A stretch of 64,000 bases of DNA, from positions 73,519,354-73,583,353 of the forward strand of contig NC_068985.1 of NCBI RefSeq assembly GCF_001194135.2, given 5' to 3'. The notes under the pieces were generated by a model. It was not told the origin of the DNA and ran no database searches. It saw only the letters and a list, made by a program, of their open reading frames with translations. The stretch comes from Octopus bimaculoides (Eukaryota). This document shows, one piece after another, positions 40,353-53,215 of this stretch. How positions within the stretch are numbered: the first letter of the stretch is position 1; each line of letters starts with the position of its first letter. The translations under genes and the position numbers were made by a program.

Positions 40353-40697
40353 GTGTCACGCAGTGGGAATGAAATCGAAACCATACCCCTGTCAGCACCT
40401 TGTATGTGCAGATATTAGATCATTTCTGTTTCTGTTAATATTTTATTATTTTTTTTTCGATTTTGTTCCAATTCTTTTGAATTTTATTGTACCGATGTAG
40501 TTTTGTATGCTAATTTTTTTGTCATAAATTAATAAATAAAAACTTAGTAGCTTTTAAAGTTTGCAAATTTTAGGTAATTTTAGGCCACAGGCATATTGGT
40601 TCCTTGCTTCCATACTAAAAAGTGAAAGTGAAGCCTGCTGCCCGAACACTCATCTCTACTTGTTCTTTCGGACGACGAATGAAACATTAGCTGTAAG

Positions 40698-40832
40698 CCT
40701 AACCGTAAAACCTAATCGTAGCCCCTAACTTTATCCCGAACTGTAAGACAACCTTAACCTTAATCCTAAATTAACCCTAAAAACCTAACCCCAAATCTTA
40801 ACATTAACCTTAACCCTAATCTTAAACCCTAG
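40698..40832. repeat. Degenerate (TAACCC)n telomere-like tract
   Basis: Many CCTAAC/CCTAAT/CTTAAC variants plus exact TAACCC copies. Confidence 0.7.
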
Positions 40833-43124
40833 CATAGTTTTTTTTGTAATGTTTCGGAAAACAATTCATTGATGGATTTTTTTTTTACTTTTTTAAGTCA
40901 CTAGCCTGTTCGACTCTTTCACATGGCTTTATTAAAAAAAACTTATTAAACTTCTTACAACTTCCGTCATTGTGATGGTGTGCTTCCATGTTTGATATGA
41001 AAAATTAGTCATTGCAATATTTTTCTTTTCATTTTGTTATAGACAGACACCAGGCAGAAAATGTCAGCTTTCAAATAAACTGTTCTGACCGAGTAAACAT
41101 GATTAAAATTTAAACCTTTGTAATATTTTTCTATATTCTTTCTAGAATAAATAAATCCCAAAACCGGATTGAGCGTGAAAAACTTGCATCAGCATACCAA
41201 ATTTGAATGTTTTCGTTTAATTTCAAAATTAAAAGTCTGTGATAGTAACACAAAAGATCCCAGATATTAAATACAGTAGTGGAGCTCTTATGTATAACCG
41301 ATTGTACGTTTCCCAGGTTTTTGTGGGCGAGAGATGAATATGGCATAAAGAAACCCAAATAAAAAAAACAATAATTTATGAACGAAATCTCTCGCCTTTC
41401 TCCATACACATTTCACATATAATGGAAATTTGTTGCCATTATATGTTGAATATTATATAGGCCTTTGATATCTAGACTGAATAATTCCACACTATAACAG
41501 GAACACACACGAAGGAAACGTTTAATGCATTTTAATTGACGTTCTAATATCTAGGGACATAAATATTGCAGTTAACCATGCAGAAAAAGTCTGCGGAATT
41601 AAATGTATAAATATCAAAAAATTTTCAAGAAAACAAGTGAAAGTTGTTTTAGCTATTATCACAGTATTACATTTATTCCCGACAAAATTTATTTAACGAC
41701 TGTAACTGTTAGACGTCAAGTACGACATGCATTTTCAAAACATATCTACTGTCTTTCAAACTTCTCATACTGTTAGGTGTAAGTCATCTTAGACAGTAAC
41801 AGTCAATTTCCCGAGTAGTTTACATCCCTGATGTGCAATGAATAAACAATAATAATAGCAAAGGAGTGGTAGTAATAGTAGTAGTAATAATTACGACAAC
41901 AATAGCAATAATAATAAATTTATTGTAAAACAGAATGAATGATTTCCTCCAAAATTACTAGAAGTATGCAAAGAAATATTAAGAGCATTCAGCATCTGCA
42001 TTTTCTACGTAGATTAGGAATGGACAATTAATCACTTTGGTTATCGTAACTCAGTTTTATCCGAGGAAGAAAACTAGGGCATTACAAATTTGGTTCTTTC
42101 ATAGACAGAAAGCTATAACAGTATATCCAATAACTGCCTCTTGCTAAATATAACATTGCAGTATAAAGATGCAATTGAAAAAAATCATAGAGAATGGCAG
42201 CGTGCCTTTACTTTGAGCTATACTCATTGCTGCGGAGAAGTAGATCAAGTGCAACGACCAAATATTCTTGTCGAAGACAAAACAAAAACCTTTCCTAACA
42301 AACGGTTCTGCATATCTCGAAAAATGAATGCAATTAATTAAAATGAATGACCTGTACGATGACAAAACTGTGAGGACTGAGAACGTGTGTATTGGCAATT
42401 ATTACAAAACATACTGAGAAATATTCTAAACACAAGGTCTTACAAATACATGTATACAACACATTTAATAGTAAATTATATGTAATGCGCATGCATTTTA
42501 TAGAACAATTTCTATATAATAGAAAACGTAAGACAATAGGAAAACACTGCACATACCCCAAAGACACACGGATTCAGTTGGTTAACTTATGAAAGCAGGA
42601 AATATTCATGTCTAACTAAAAAAAATAGTACTCTATCATTTAAAAGAGACGGAGTGCATATTTGAGAATAGTTTCATACGCTGTCAGGAAAAGAACAATA
42701 AAATTGGCAGGATAAGAAGGCTTATGATTATAGATGTGCCCCCAAAAGATTTAAACAACAAATGCATCATCATTCTGAAATACAATATGTATGCTTCAAA
42801 ATATCAATTACTTAACACATTGCACAGAAATGAAATGAATTAATAATAGCAACATTCATATACATTTCTGGTAAATAACATCCAATATTCGTCTATTTCT
42901 AACAGCATTAAAAAAAATGAATGATATACAATAAGAGTATCAATAAGATTTTATACTAAAATACATGCCAATATACTGGAGCTCCCTATTACGACTCAAC
43001 AATTAACCAATGTATATATGTTTTTAAATCATTGTCGTAAATTAAACATTTTTTATGAGTTACATAAATATGCTTTATCGACAAACATGAAATTAATTCG
43101 TGCCGATAATAAGTAGAGCAACAC

Positions 43125-43300
43125 GCACATCAACAAGCTAAGAATAGCAAACAAGATTGCAGTCTCACAAAACTCGGCACTGCTTGGAACTACTAACGTT
43201 TGTGAGTGGTACTTTATGCTTCTAGTTGAGATAATACGGCTGAATGGAAATTGCTTAGTATATACCCGGGCAATCCTGAAGTCGCTCTAATGGTATGAGA
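43125..43300 (+). mobile_element. Short 3'-terminal fragment of a REL-type (R4/Dong-like) LINE
   Basis: HINKLRIANKIAVSQNSALLGT resembles the C-termini of the elements at 56.8 and 58.4 kb. Confidence 0.4.
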
Positions 43301-43309
43301 CAATAAAAC

Positions 43310-43680
43310 CTTTTACTAAAGGCACAAGTAATGACATTTTGGGGAATGGTATAGTAGATTATATCGACTCCAGTGCTCAATTTGTGTTTATTTCATCGAC
43401 CTCGAAAAGATGAAAGGCAAAGTCGACCTTGGCAGGATTTGAACTCAGAACGTAAAGAGCGGGAACAATCGGTGCCAGGCATATCGTCTAGCGTATTAAG
43501 ATTCTGCCAGCTCACCACATTAGAATATTCTTTACTATAATTACCATTTTATCGACCCCGAAAGGATGAAAGGTAAAGTCGACCTCTATGGCATTTGAAC
43601 TTCCAACGTAAAGGACTGACGAAATGCCGTTAAGTATTTTGTTCGTGGGTAGGAGACAATTCTTCCGATTCACCGCTTGA
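43310..43680 (-). mobile_element. Two family A SINE copies (43310-43523 and 43544-43680)
   Basis: ATGAAAGGCAAAGTCGACC / GGATTTGAACTCAGAACG motifs on the minus strand. Confidence 0.8.
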
Positions 43681-45436
43681 GAATAATAAAATAGTTGAAT
43701 ACTTAAGATAATAAAATTTGATTTGTGGTGTATGGATTACCATTTACCATGTAAAAAAGCAAAATATATTAATTGAAGATTCTATAAAGAAGAAGAAAGA
43801 ATATATTTATCGATACTGAATCTTTTCGTGCTGGCAACGAGATCGAATGTATCGATCTATATGGAAGCAAGATGGAATTTAAGTCAACATTCCTGAAATT
43901 AAGAAGATGAAGGTGTTAGAAACTATTTGACAGAGGAGGCTAACAATGGAATTTTCATGCACCAATATGTTTTTTTTTACACATGTTCAGATGCACTATA
44001 CAAGTTTTTCATTAAACCCTTGTCTGACGGGGAAAATTTTCGTAGTTCAAGAATTTCTGGACGCCAGAAGTTAATTAGCTCAACATCATTCCGAATTAAT
44101 TCTGTTCAGGTTTTATGTTACTACGTATTTTCATGATGTTTCTTGCATTAAGTGAGTATGAATGCATAAGTGTTTGTATTCTTTGGCAAATCACGAATAC
44201 CATTGTCATATGACACTTACGGTAAAATGGCCTTTTAAAATATTTTTTTGAAATTGCCAATATAATCAGCACAAATACTCTCCTCTTTTAAAACCCGAAA
44301 CTATTTCAAATCTCCGTGCTAAAGCTGGGAGATGAATAGTTCTAATTTTCTCTTGAGTATACTGACGTCATTTATTCAGTTAATTCTTGCTTGCAGTTTC
44401 AAATGTTAATTCTTGCTTGCAGTTACAAATGCGATTATTGCCATAGCTGGTAACATCGACAAAATATCATAACCAGAATGGCTCTCTGTTCCAGTTGACT
44501 GTTTCCTCTTTCAGGTAATTATAAACAGTATTTAGCAGTTTTTAAAATAAATTTAGAATTTGCTCGCTAAAGCCAATAACTTCAACTAATAATTCCAAGT
44601 GAGCTCTCTCTCTCTCTTCGAGTAGCTAATTGTTTTCCGTCTTCCAGGTAATTATTAACAGTATGAGCTGTGTTTTGCTTAAAATAAACTCAGAACATGG
44701 TCCCTGCACAATGATAGATATGGCCATCATCTTCAAAATCTAACGTTCCATAATATTCTCCAAATTCGTATGAGTTTATTAATTTTAATTTATATTTCCT
44801 AACCTTTAGCAACACACCTCGAATATAACATTATGAACAGAGCAATATTTAAGTGTTTGATAAAAGAAAGTTGCTCCTCCGATGTTTCTACTTGTCAGCA
44901 ATACCACCCAGTAAAAAAGCCACTGACGTATTCACAGACGTTTATTAGTTGATTAATCAAACAAATTTCCTCCTTTAATTTTTTCATAAAATAACTGAAG
45001 AATGACAAGCAGCTCAAAGGTGCTAAAATTATGAACACTTCATATAATAAAACTAACTGACATTGGTATAAGTGCAAATACGTAAATGGGATTGTAGTTG
45101 CTCATATACATCCCAATAAGATTCATTTGCGAGCACGTATATGTTTGCATTAGTAATCTAACCTTTTGTATTTTCATCATTTCTTTTATCACCAGGCTTG
45201 CACAACTATTTTATCTTTTTCTTTCTTTCATTCTCTTAATCACGATATCTTACTCAGCTCTCCAAAATAGTTTCATTCTTCCTATATTGTGCAGTGGTAT
45301 TTTGTCCTTAAATGTGTATTATATTACGGTTGTGTCTTCGTTATATCAGAAGCTATTTTCGCAAAATAGCAAGGGCCTTAATGTTGACTCACTCTACATA
45401 GGAAGTAATTTATCGCATTATTACTGAAACAGTATA

Positions 45437-45610
45437 AGGTGGTAAACTGGCAGAATAGTTAACGCCAGATAACATATAAGTAGGATTTGTCCTAGCTTTA
45501 TTTTCTCTGTTCAAAATTCACTAAGGTGGTTGCCTTTGCCTTACTTTTGATAAAATACGCACCAGGTGAGCATGAGGTCGATGAAAGCGACTAGTCCCTT
45601 ACCCCATAAT
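45437..45610 (+). mobile_element. SINE family A (diverged)
   Basis: AAGGTGGTAAACTGGCAGAATAGTTA head and diverged body. Confidence 0.55.
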
Positions 45611-45699
45611 TACTGTAGCCTCGGGCCGACTAAAGCCATGTGGGTGGATTTGGCAGACGGAAACTGAAAGAGACCCGTAGTATATATATATATATATAT

Positions 45700-47080
45700 G
45701 GGAGAATATACAAATAATAACAACAGATGAGGACAGGTGGTGTAAATAACAAAAGTATATATTAGTATGACGCTCGGGAATACGGAAAGTCTTTGACGTT
45801 TCGAGCTACGCTCTTCAACAGAAAGAATACGGAGACAAGGAGAAAAACACGGAGAAAAAAAATTGAATAGTGTTCAGTCAACGGTCAATCATAATAATGG
45901 CCGATCATAACAATGAATGACCGGAAGTTAGAAATTCTTATTTCAGGAGAGCTAAGAAAGGGGGAGATAACAAACGGTGATCGGGAACGAGGGGCTGTGT
46001 GTGGGAGGTAGAATGCTGGTGATCTTGNNNNNNNNNNNNNNNNNNNNNNNNNNNNNNNNNNNNNNNNNNNNNNNNNNNNNNNNNNNNNNNNNNNNNNNNN
46101 NNNNNNNNNNNNNNNNNNNNNNNNNNNNNNNNNNNNNNNNNNNNNNNNNNNNNNNNNNNNNNNNNNNNNNNNNNNNNNNNNNNNNNNNNNNNNNNNNNNN
46201 NNNNNNNNNNNNNNNNNNNNNNNNNNNNNNNNNNNNNNNNNNNNNNNNNNNNNNNNNNNNNNNNNNNNNNNNNNNNNNNNNNNNNNNNNNNNNNNNNNNN
46301 NNNNNNNNNNNNNNNNNNNNNNNNNNNNNNNNNNNNNNNNNNNNNNNNNNNNNNNNNNNNNNNNNNNNNNNNNNNNNNNNNNNNNNNNNNNNNNNNNNNN
46401 NNNNNNNNNNNNNNNNNNNNNNNNNNNNNNNNNNNNNNNNNNNNNNNNNNNNNNNNNNNNNNNNNNNNNNNNNNNNNNNNNNNNNNNNNNNNNNNNNNNN
46501 NNNNNNNNNNNNNNNNNNNNNNNNNNNNNNNNNNNNNNNNNNNNNNNNNNNNNNNNNNNNNNNNNNNNNNNNNNNNNNNNNNNNNNNNNNNNNNNNNNNN
46601 NNNNNNNNNNNNNNNNNNNNNNNNNNNNNNNNNNNNNNNNNNNNNNNNNNNNNNNNNNNNNNNNNNNNNNNNNNNNNNNNNNNNNNNNNNNNNNNNNNNN
46701 NNNNNNNNNNNNNNNNNNNNNNNNNNNNNNNNNNNNNNNNNNNNNNNNNNNNNNNNNNNNNNNNNNNNNNNNNNNNNNNNNNNNNNNNNNNNNNNNNNNN
46801 NNNNNNNNNNNNNNNNNNNNNNNNNNNNNNNNNNNNNNNNNNNNNNNNNNNNNNNNNNNNNNNNNNNNNNNNNNNNNNNNNNNNNNNNNNNNNNNNNNNN
46901 NNNNNNNNNNNNNNNNNNNNNNNNNNNNNNNNNNNNNNNNGGGGGAGGGGAGAGATGGGTGGTAGGAGGGAGGGTGGGGGAGAGAGACAAGAGGAGGGGG
47001 TTAGATGAAGAGTGGAGGGGAGTTGAGCCCATGTGGCGCAAAGGAGCGAAGATAGAAGATTAATCCCTGTTCACGGCGCA
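45700..47080 (-). mobile_element. 5'-truncated Penelope-like element (GIY-YIG C-terminus plus terminal region)
   Basis: 47078-47001 encodes RREQGLIFYLRSFAPHGLNSPPLFI*, matching the PLE endonuclease end motif RE-LI-L-P-GLN. A hammerhead motif lies downstream and both ends abut (TA)n. The two parts are joined across an N gap. Confidence 0.75.
45790..45826 (-). ncRNA. Minimal type I hammerhead ribozyme motif (PLE-type)
   Basis: UCUUU-CUGUUGA-A-GAGC-gua-GCUC-GAAA-CGUC-AAAGA: 5-bp stem I, 4-bp stem II, palindromic ACGU stem III, GUC cleavage triplet. Confidence 0.75.
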
Positions 47081-49917
47081 ATATATATTTATATATATAT
47101 ATATACATACACTTGAAAACTGATGTTGGTGTGTTTAAGTGCCAGCAACTTAGCGATTCGGAGAAAGACACTAGGGTTACAAAGAATACGTCGTGGGGTC
47201 GATTTCTTCGACTAGAGGCGGCGCTTCAGGAGGGCCGCAGCCAAAATTACTGAAACAAGTAAAAGAATAAAAGAATAAATTCCGAAAAAGGGAATGGGCA
47301 TACCAAATGGTGTGTCTGTGCAGTCGGTGAAATGCAATGTGGATGTGCATGGTAATGGTTCATGTTGCACATATGGACAGTCGTGCAATGTACCATCAAT
47401 AATCATCCAATTATCCATTTCTAACAGTTGTGTCATGTCTTGGTCACCCATGGTTTATTGTAATTCGTGTTATAGTGAAATTCGTGCTATATTAAATATT
47501 GATTGTATAAATCGCTTTTTACATGTCGCTGCAGTATATTCTACATACGAAACACAGCACAGAAACTAAATACCTATCATTCCGTCAGAAATGTCTGCGG
47601 TTGCGCTAAAATTATTTTCAGGCTTTCAAAATGTTTCTACCATCATAAACTAATGTCCAAGATTTCGAGTTGCTTGTTTGTAGGCTTGTGATATAATGGG
47701 AAAGTGTAGATATACATAAAAATTAACAAAAGTCATTTACATATGACGTCTGTGCATTTCAAATGAAAGAAAATTATAAAATATGTCTGAAGGATGATCA
47801 GGCATTTTCTTTTTAGTCGTATCATTGGAATCATTAAGTTAAATTTCCCAAACACGTAATGTTATTATAACATTATAAATTGTCTGAAAGGTATCATAAG
47901 TATTATTTTATTTTGCTTTTGTATTCTTTCACGTTGTTTGTCGGATTGTTAGCATCTGCTTTATGAAATTCTTGTCTCACAATAATATGACATATAAATC
48001 TATTTGATTAGTCGGCTTTATTATCTTTCCACTTTAAAGTGCCTGATCTATTGTACTTCTTTACAGTAAATAGAGTATTTTTCAGACATTGTTTCTACCT
48101 TAGCCATTATTTCATATACGGCTAAAACAAATATTGATGGTAATTAATTATCTACAGGTAATTATCGTGTTTCAAGTGTCACTGAGGTTATTTAGATTTC
48201 GACAAGTCGACAAAATATTACTCATATACTGCGTTCATTATAATAACTATGCCCTCCCTAAAACACGTTATTTTTGTTACTGTTAAGAATAATTATAATT
48301 ATAATAATTTTCGGATGAACCTTTTTTTACATTCTCGTATGCCAAAAATGTATTACATTGCAATCTAAATCAGATGGTTGTTTAAAAAAATATGGTTGTT
48401 TGGATGCGTTATATAGAGCTAAGAAGCTTTTCGTGTTTTACTCCGTTTTGAGGCAAAACAGATATTACATGATTTATTTTATGCTTGGTGAATTTTTAAA
48501 AAATCATTGAAAGCATGGCAGCCACCTAAGTTGTACTTGGAAGATAGTCTCCAGAAAGGCGGACGCATTAGGTACACAAACAAAATACCTACTGTTTATA
48601 AAAGACCAACAAGAAAATAAGGCACCCGTTACACAGATACGAGTTTTTCTAAAACAGTCATTCGCATTTTCCCATATATCTAGGTGGTAAAAGCTAGAAT
48701 CTGAACAACAGAAATGGCAGATTGATTTGCGAGAAACAAGGACTGAGCATTGGTTGGCGCTCTCAAAACTGATATAATTGAATGTGTTGAATGACAGTAG
48801 CTTATTGTCTGAGGAAATATATATGAGATTTAGCAAAGATGAAAATAGTAAACTTCTGTTTTGTTAAATTCAGACCGAGCTTTCTTATGCAGCCCCCACA
48901 CAAAACGCACTTTGAGGGGGTATGTTAATCATTGCCATTCCTATTGACAGGTGTAGCTTATCTGGAAGTACCTAGCGGTTATTGGAATTAACGGCGACGG
49001 AGGATAGCATGTGCAGTGAGCACATCACACAGCTTCAAACAGGGATACTGCAATATATGGGGGATTTGAATACAAGGGTTACAGCCAGAAATATTCTTAG
49101 AAATGTCGCACAGCTACCTCTCAATTTTAGAATCCGATACGTGAAGATGGCGAGCGTGGAGCTGACAGTAAAGGCATGCTTATTGGCTGAGATCACCCTA
49201 TCTTTGCAAGTCATCGTGACCTCCGAGGATCACATCACAGAGTTATGCTGAAGCTGTGGCCCATTCTCAAGGTAGATAAAAGAGTACTTGTGTACTTTCT
49301 ACCTAGTGGACTGATAAAGTTGATTAACGGAGCAGATTACAGCAGAAGAGCAGCAATAATAACAGCAAATATTAAATATGTCCTTCGCAGAAGACAACAG
49401 GTTATAACTACTAGATAGCTACAAGTCTCTTCTCGTCATAAATGTCTGGATCTGAAATGTCCAGACAGCCAATGAGCTTGGAAGTATTACTAGCCAAAGA
49501 AACATAAAGCATTGAAAACACAAAAATATCTGTTACTTTCCTTATAGCTATTCCGCATGCTTTGTTTTCCGCAGATGTAATATCTATTGAAATACCATAT
49601 GATTAATTGGTTCTTTTTATGTACATTTCTTGAAATTCTTGGTATTTTTGAATAATTTCAATGAAATGCTCTCATGAAGGTTTACTATCCTTTATTTTAT
49701 TTCTTTTGCTCTTCTCAGACTCTATTTATCACGCATATGTTTTGCTGCAGTTAAGAATGCCGACCATTTTCCAGTTGTTTGTCAGCAACATTTAATCTAT
49801 TTCATTTCAGTTAATTTGGAAACGTGGCATCAACACTGAAAGCAATACAGGTATCTGGTACTACTGTCGTCTAATCGATTGTTGATGATAAGCATCAGAA
49901 AGTTAAGCGACCCACAT

Positions 49918-49923
<6 letters not shown>

Positions 49924-49994
<71 letters not shown>

Positions 49995-50060
49995 GGAGAG
50001 GGAGAGAGAAGACTGCTTGTGACTGAGAGAAAAAGCAAAAACGAGAAAGGAATATTGTTT

Positions 50061-50111
<51 letters not shown>
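49924..50111. repeat. (AG)n microsatellite tracts
   Basis: Direct reading. Confidence 0.9.
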
Positions 50112-50115
<4 letters not shown>

Positions 50116-50934
50116 TAAACCATCTCAACTAGAGATGTTAAATAAAGATAAGAAAAAGCAATATTTAATAAGACCATTGGACATTAACAATACCTAAAAA
50201 AAATCAATGATAGTAGTTACTATAACAAAACAGACACCGATAACTATTCGAGAATGATATTAACAGTTGTGACTTAAAGCGTTGCGAGAATCACCAAAAA
50301 TACAGATTCAACAACCATAACTACAATCCCAGAAACAGCAGCAGCTTAAAGCTATAACACTTATAACACGCAGAAGAAATTCTAAATAAACAAATCATTT
50401 GGTTTTTCGTAAATTCTGATTAGATTTGTCTGATAATGTCATAACATTATCTCGGATCATACTAGGCCTTGTCTCTTCGATTGGATAAATAAATAAACGT
50501 GGTCCTTCCTCATATTTACATGGAAGATAAATAATAAATATTGCATATTGATTTTAGAATCGTCCATATCTACGGTTGAGTGTCTTTTATGCTAATAAAC
50601 ACATTGGGCTGAATAACCTAGTGATGATGGTAGGCAAGTCAAAGAGACAGCATGCAGTATTGTTGCTGTTATCACTATCTGACCGATATGTCTGATATGA
50701 GACACATATACTCCATAGAAGATAGTGGTAGTCAACAATTGTTTTATTTCATATTATATCTTATGCATGCTATGGGGAATTTTATAATGAAGAGTGTGTA
50801 TTGTCAATAAGTACAAAAGGAAAATGAAGTAGAACTGTAACAAATATATACGTCTGAAAAACATCTGTAGAGCAGATTGTTAGTGACTTGAAAAACTGTG
50901 CATATATATTATATACATATACATATATTCATAA

Positions 50935-51019
<85 letters not shown>

Positions 51020-51710
51020 CATACACATACATATACACACACGTATATATTTACACGCATATATACACTCTCTCTCTCACACACGCACACACATATATAT
51101 GCAAACATCAAAATGCACATAAAGTATGGTCATTAATGTGTCAATATATGCAAACACACGTTATACATCTATAAAATGTATTCATGTTGTTTAAATGTTC
51201 ATATAAGCATAGACTCCTTATCCTTAGTATACATTTATTTGTGATTATGTCTGAGCACATGTTAACATAGTTCTCTGTGTACTAAAATAATGTGAGAAAC
51301 TATTAAAATATGTACGTTCAAATCCACGTAAATACTATGCACATATGACCATGCAATATTTTTTATGTATACTAAAAGTATACAAATACTTCATAGATGT
51401 TTGCCTCTATAATTATGTACATTGTATTCTAATTGTAAGTTTTCACCAGGATTCATGGACTTCAAAACTAAATTTTTTCTTTTGCTTTATCGAATATTTT
51501 GTCTAATTGCAATGAATGTAGTTTTATTCGTATTACTGTAAATAGACACAATGTTTACTTGCTTTTACGCCTATTGTAACTTGGATTCGCTTCCCTGGTG
51601 ATTTCCTATAGAGTTTGTTGTTTACAAAAAGCTTTTAGACATAAAAGAGGGAGAAAATATAAATGACTGTTTATAAGCTAAAATAAAATAGCTGAATTCT
51701 TAGAAGAGCG

Positions 51711-51910
51711 TAAGACGGCGAGGTGGCAGATCTGTTAGTACGTTGGGCAAAATGCTTAGCAGCTTTTCATCTGTTGTTAGATTCTGAGTCGAAGTCGACC
51801 GCGTTTCATTCTTTAGGGGTCGTTAAAATAAGGCCCATTTGAGAACTGGTGGTCAATGTAATCGACTAGCCCGCTCCGCCGAAATTTCCGACCTTGTGTC
51901 ACAAATTGAA
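51711..51910 (+). mobile_element. SINE family A (diverged, internal deletion)
   Basis: TAAGACGGCGAGGTGGCAGATCTGTTAG head, GGGGTCGTTAAAATAAG centre. Confidence 0.7.
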
Positions 51911-53156
51911 GTCTATATGAGGGGAAAAATCACGGTTAAATATGAAAAAGTTAACGGACACAACTACTTATTTGGGAATAAGTTCAATTTTAACATGAAA
52001 ATAGCAGCAAAGCTGCGTAATAGTAGTGTCAAACGCGGCATGCAGACTGTCATACAACTTGTTTGACATTGCGTTTTTATTCTTATCTTCCGTGTTCATA
52101 CTCCTCTTTTGTAAACTTGAAACTGTTTACAAATCCCAAACATCTTATGAACACGCGATAGGGAGAAGTGCATCGCGCTCCGATTGTTGCGAAAACAGTT
52201 ATGAAATTTCTGAAGGGTAACTATATTTCATGACTTAAAAATATTCTACTTACTTATTTATACTTTGGCACCGCAAATAAACGGTTCTCAAACTGACACA
52301 ATACGACACATTTGTTAGAAAGTTGTACCTGCTTAACAGTGATCTCTTTACTTGACAGACTTCATATGCATCAAAATGAGAAATGTATCTCGTTCATGTT
52401 CTCACGGTTGCAGCAAAATTGCTATGCATTTAGTCATAAAACATTTCTTCTACATTATTATTTAATTAGATATATAACCTGTTAATTAACAGATGGTAGA
52501 CATTTAAGGAATAAACCATTAGAGCGTTCGAGAAAACACCTTGCGGTATTTGTTTTGGCTCTTTGTGTTCTGGGTATAAATTAGTTTTAGGCTGGGTTTA
52601 CATTACCTTCTTCAATATCATCAGTAGTAGTCAAGAAGTTAAGATCGAGCTAGTACAAATATTCTCTCCTGCAAATTTCTGATCGCATGTCTGATCATTA
52701 ACATCACGTTGATCATAGAATAATACAGTTATTTTATTCTATCGGGCTGTAGCCTGGTCCGTATTTTCAGTTAAACGAAACTTATAATAACGTTGAGTAT
52801 TGACTGACTTGATATAACCATTAATCATGAGTTTAGTGTTCTGAAACCATTATATCTGTGACACTTGAGAACAAACATTTCTAATTTAGCACAAGCTTCA
52901 AAATTTTAAAAGGAAGTAATCTAATCGATTGAGTCGATCCAACTTTAGCTTACTAAATATAACTACCGAAACAAATTTTAAACGTTTGAGATTTCCTTCG
53001 TCACTTCAAGAAAACAAGAACATAGCGGTGATCGAGAATGACTCATAAAATTGAATAATTATTGTAGAAAACAAATTAACTGGACAAGTATACCCGCACA
53101 GACATTTCTATAATAGCGCACCGTAAAACTCCTTGTGTTGAAATATACATACATAT

Positions 53157-53215
<59 letters not shown>

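Larger units (their letters stand above)
45611..47278 (+). mobile_element. SINE family B (parts 45611-45680 and 47112-47278) interrupted at its internal (AT)n by a Penelope-like element
   Basis: Left part matches 33310-33372; right part matches 22200-22400. Confidence 0.7.

Noticed and set aside
21443-47451. Phase-compatible chain of minus-strand exon candidates (47.4, 42.2, 36.3, 31.3, 21.6 kb)
   Set aside because: It needs weak sites (a GAG acceptor, weak donors) and the joined protein is unrecognisable. A similar chain can be built on the plus strand, so overfitting is likely.
50621-50682. Box C (GTGATGA) and box D (CTGA) about 60 nt apart, suggesting a C/D snoRNA
   Set aside because: No terminal stem, no clear C'/D' boxes, and box C would be sequestered by pairing with ATCACTA
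52040-52240. Possible mariner helix-turn-helix relic on the minus strand
   Set aside because: Requires frameshifts, and no TIRs or catalytic motifs are present
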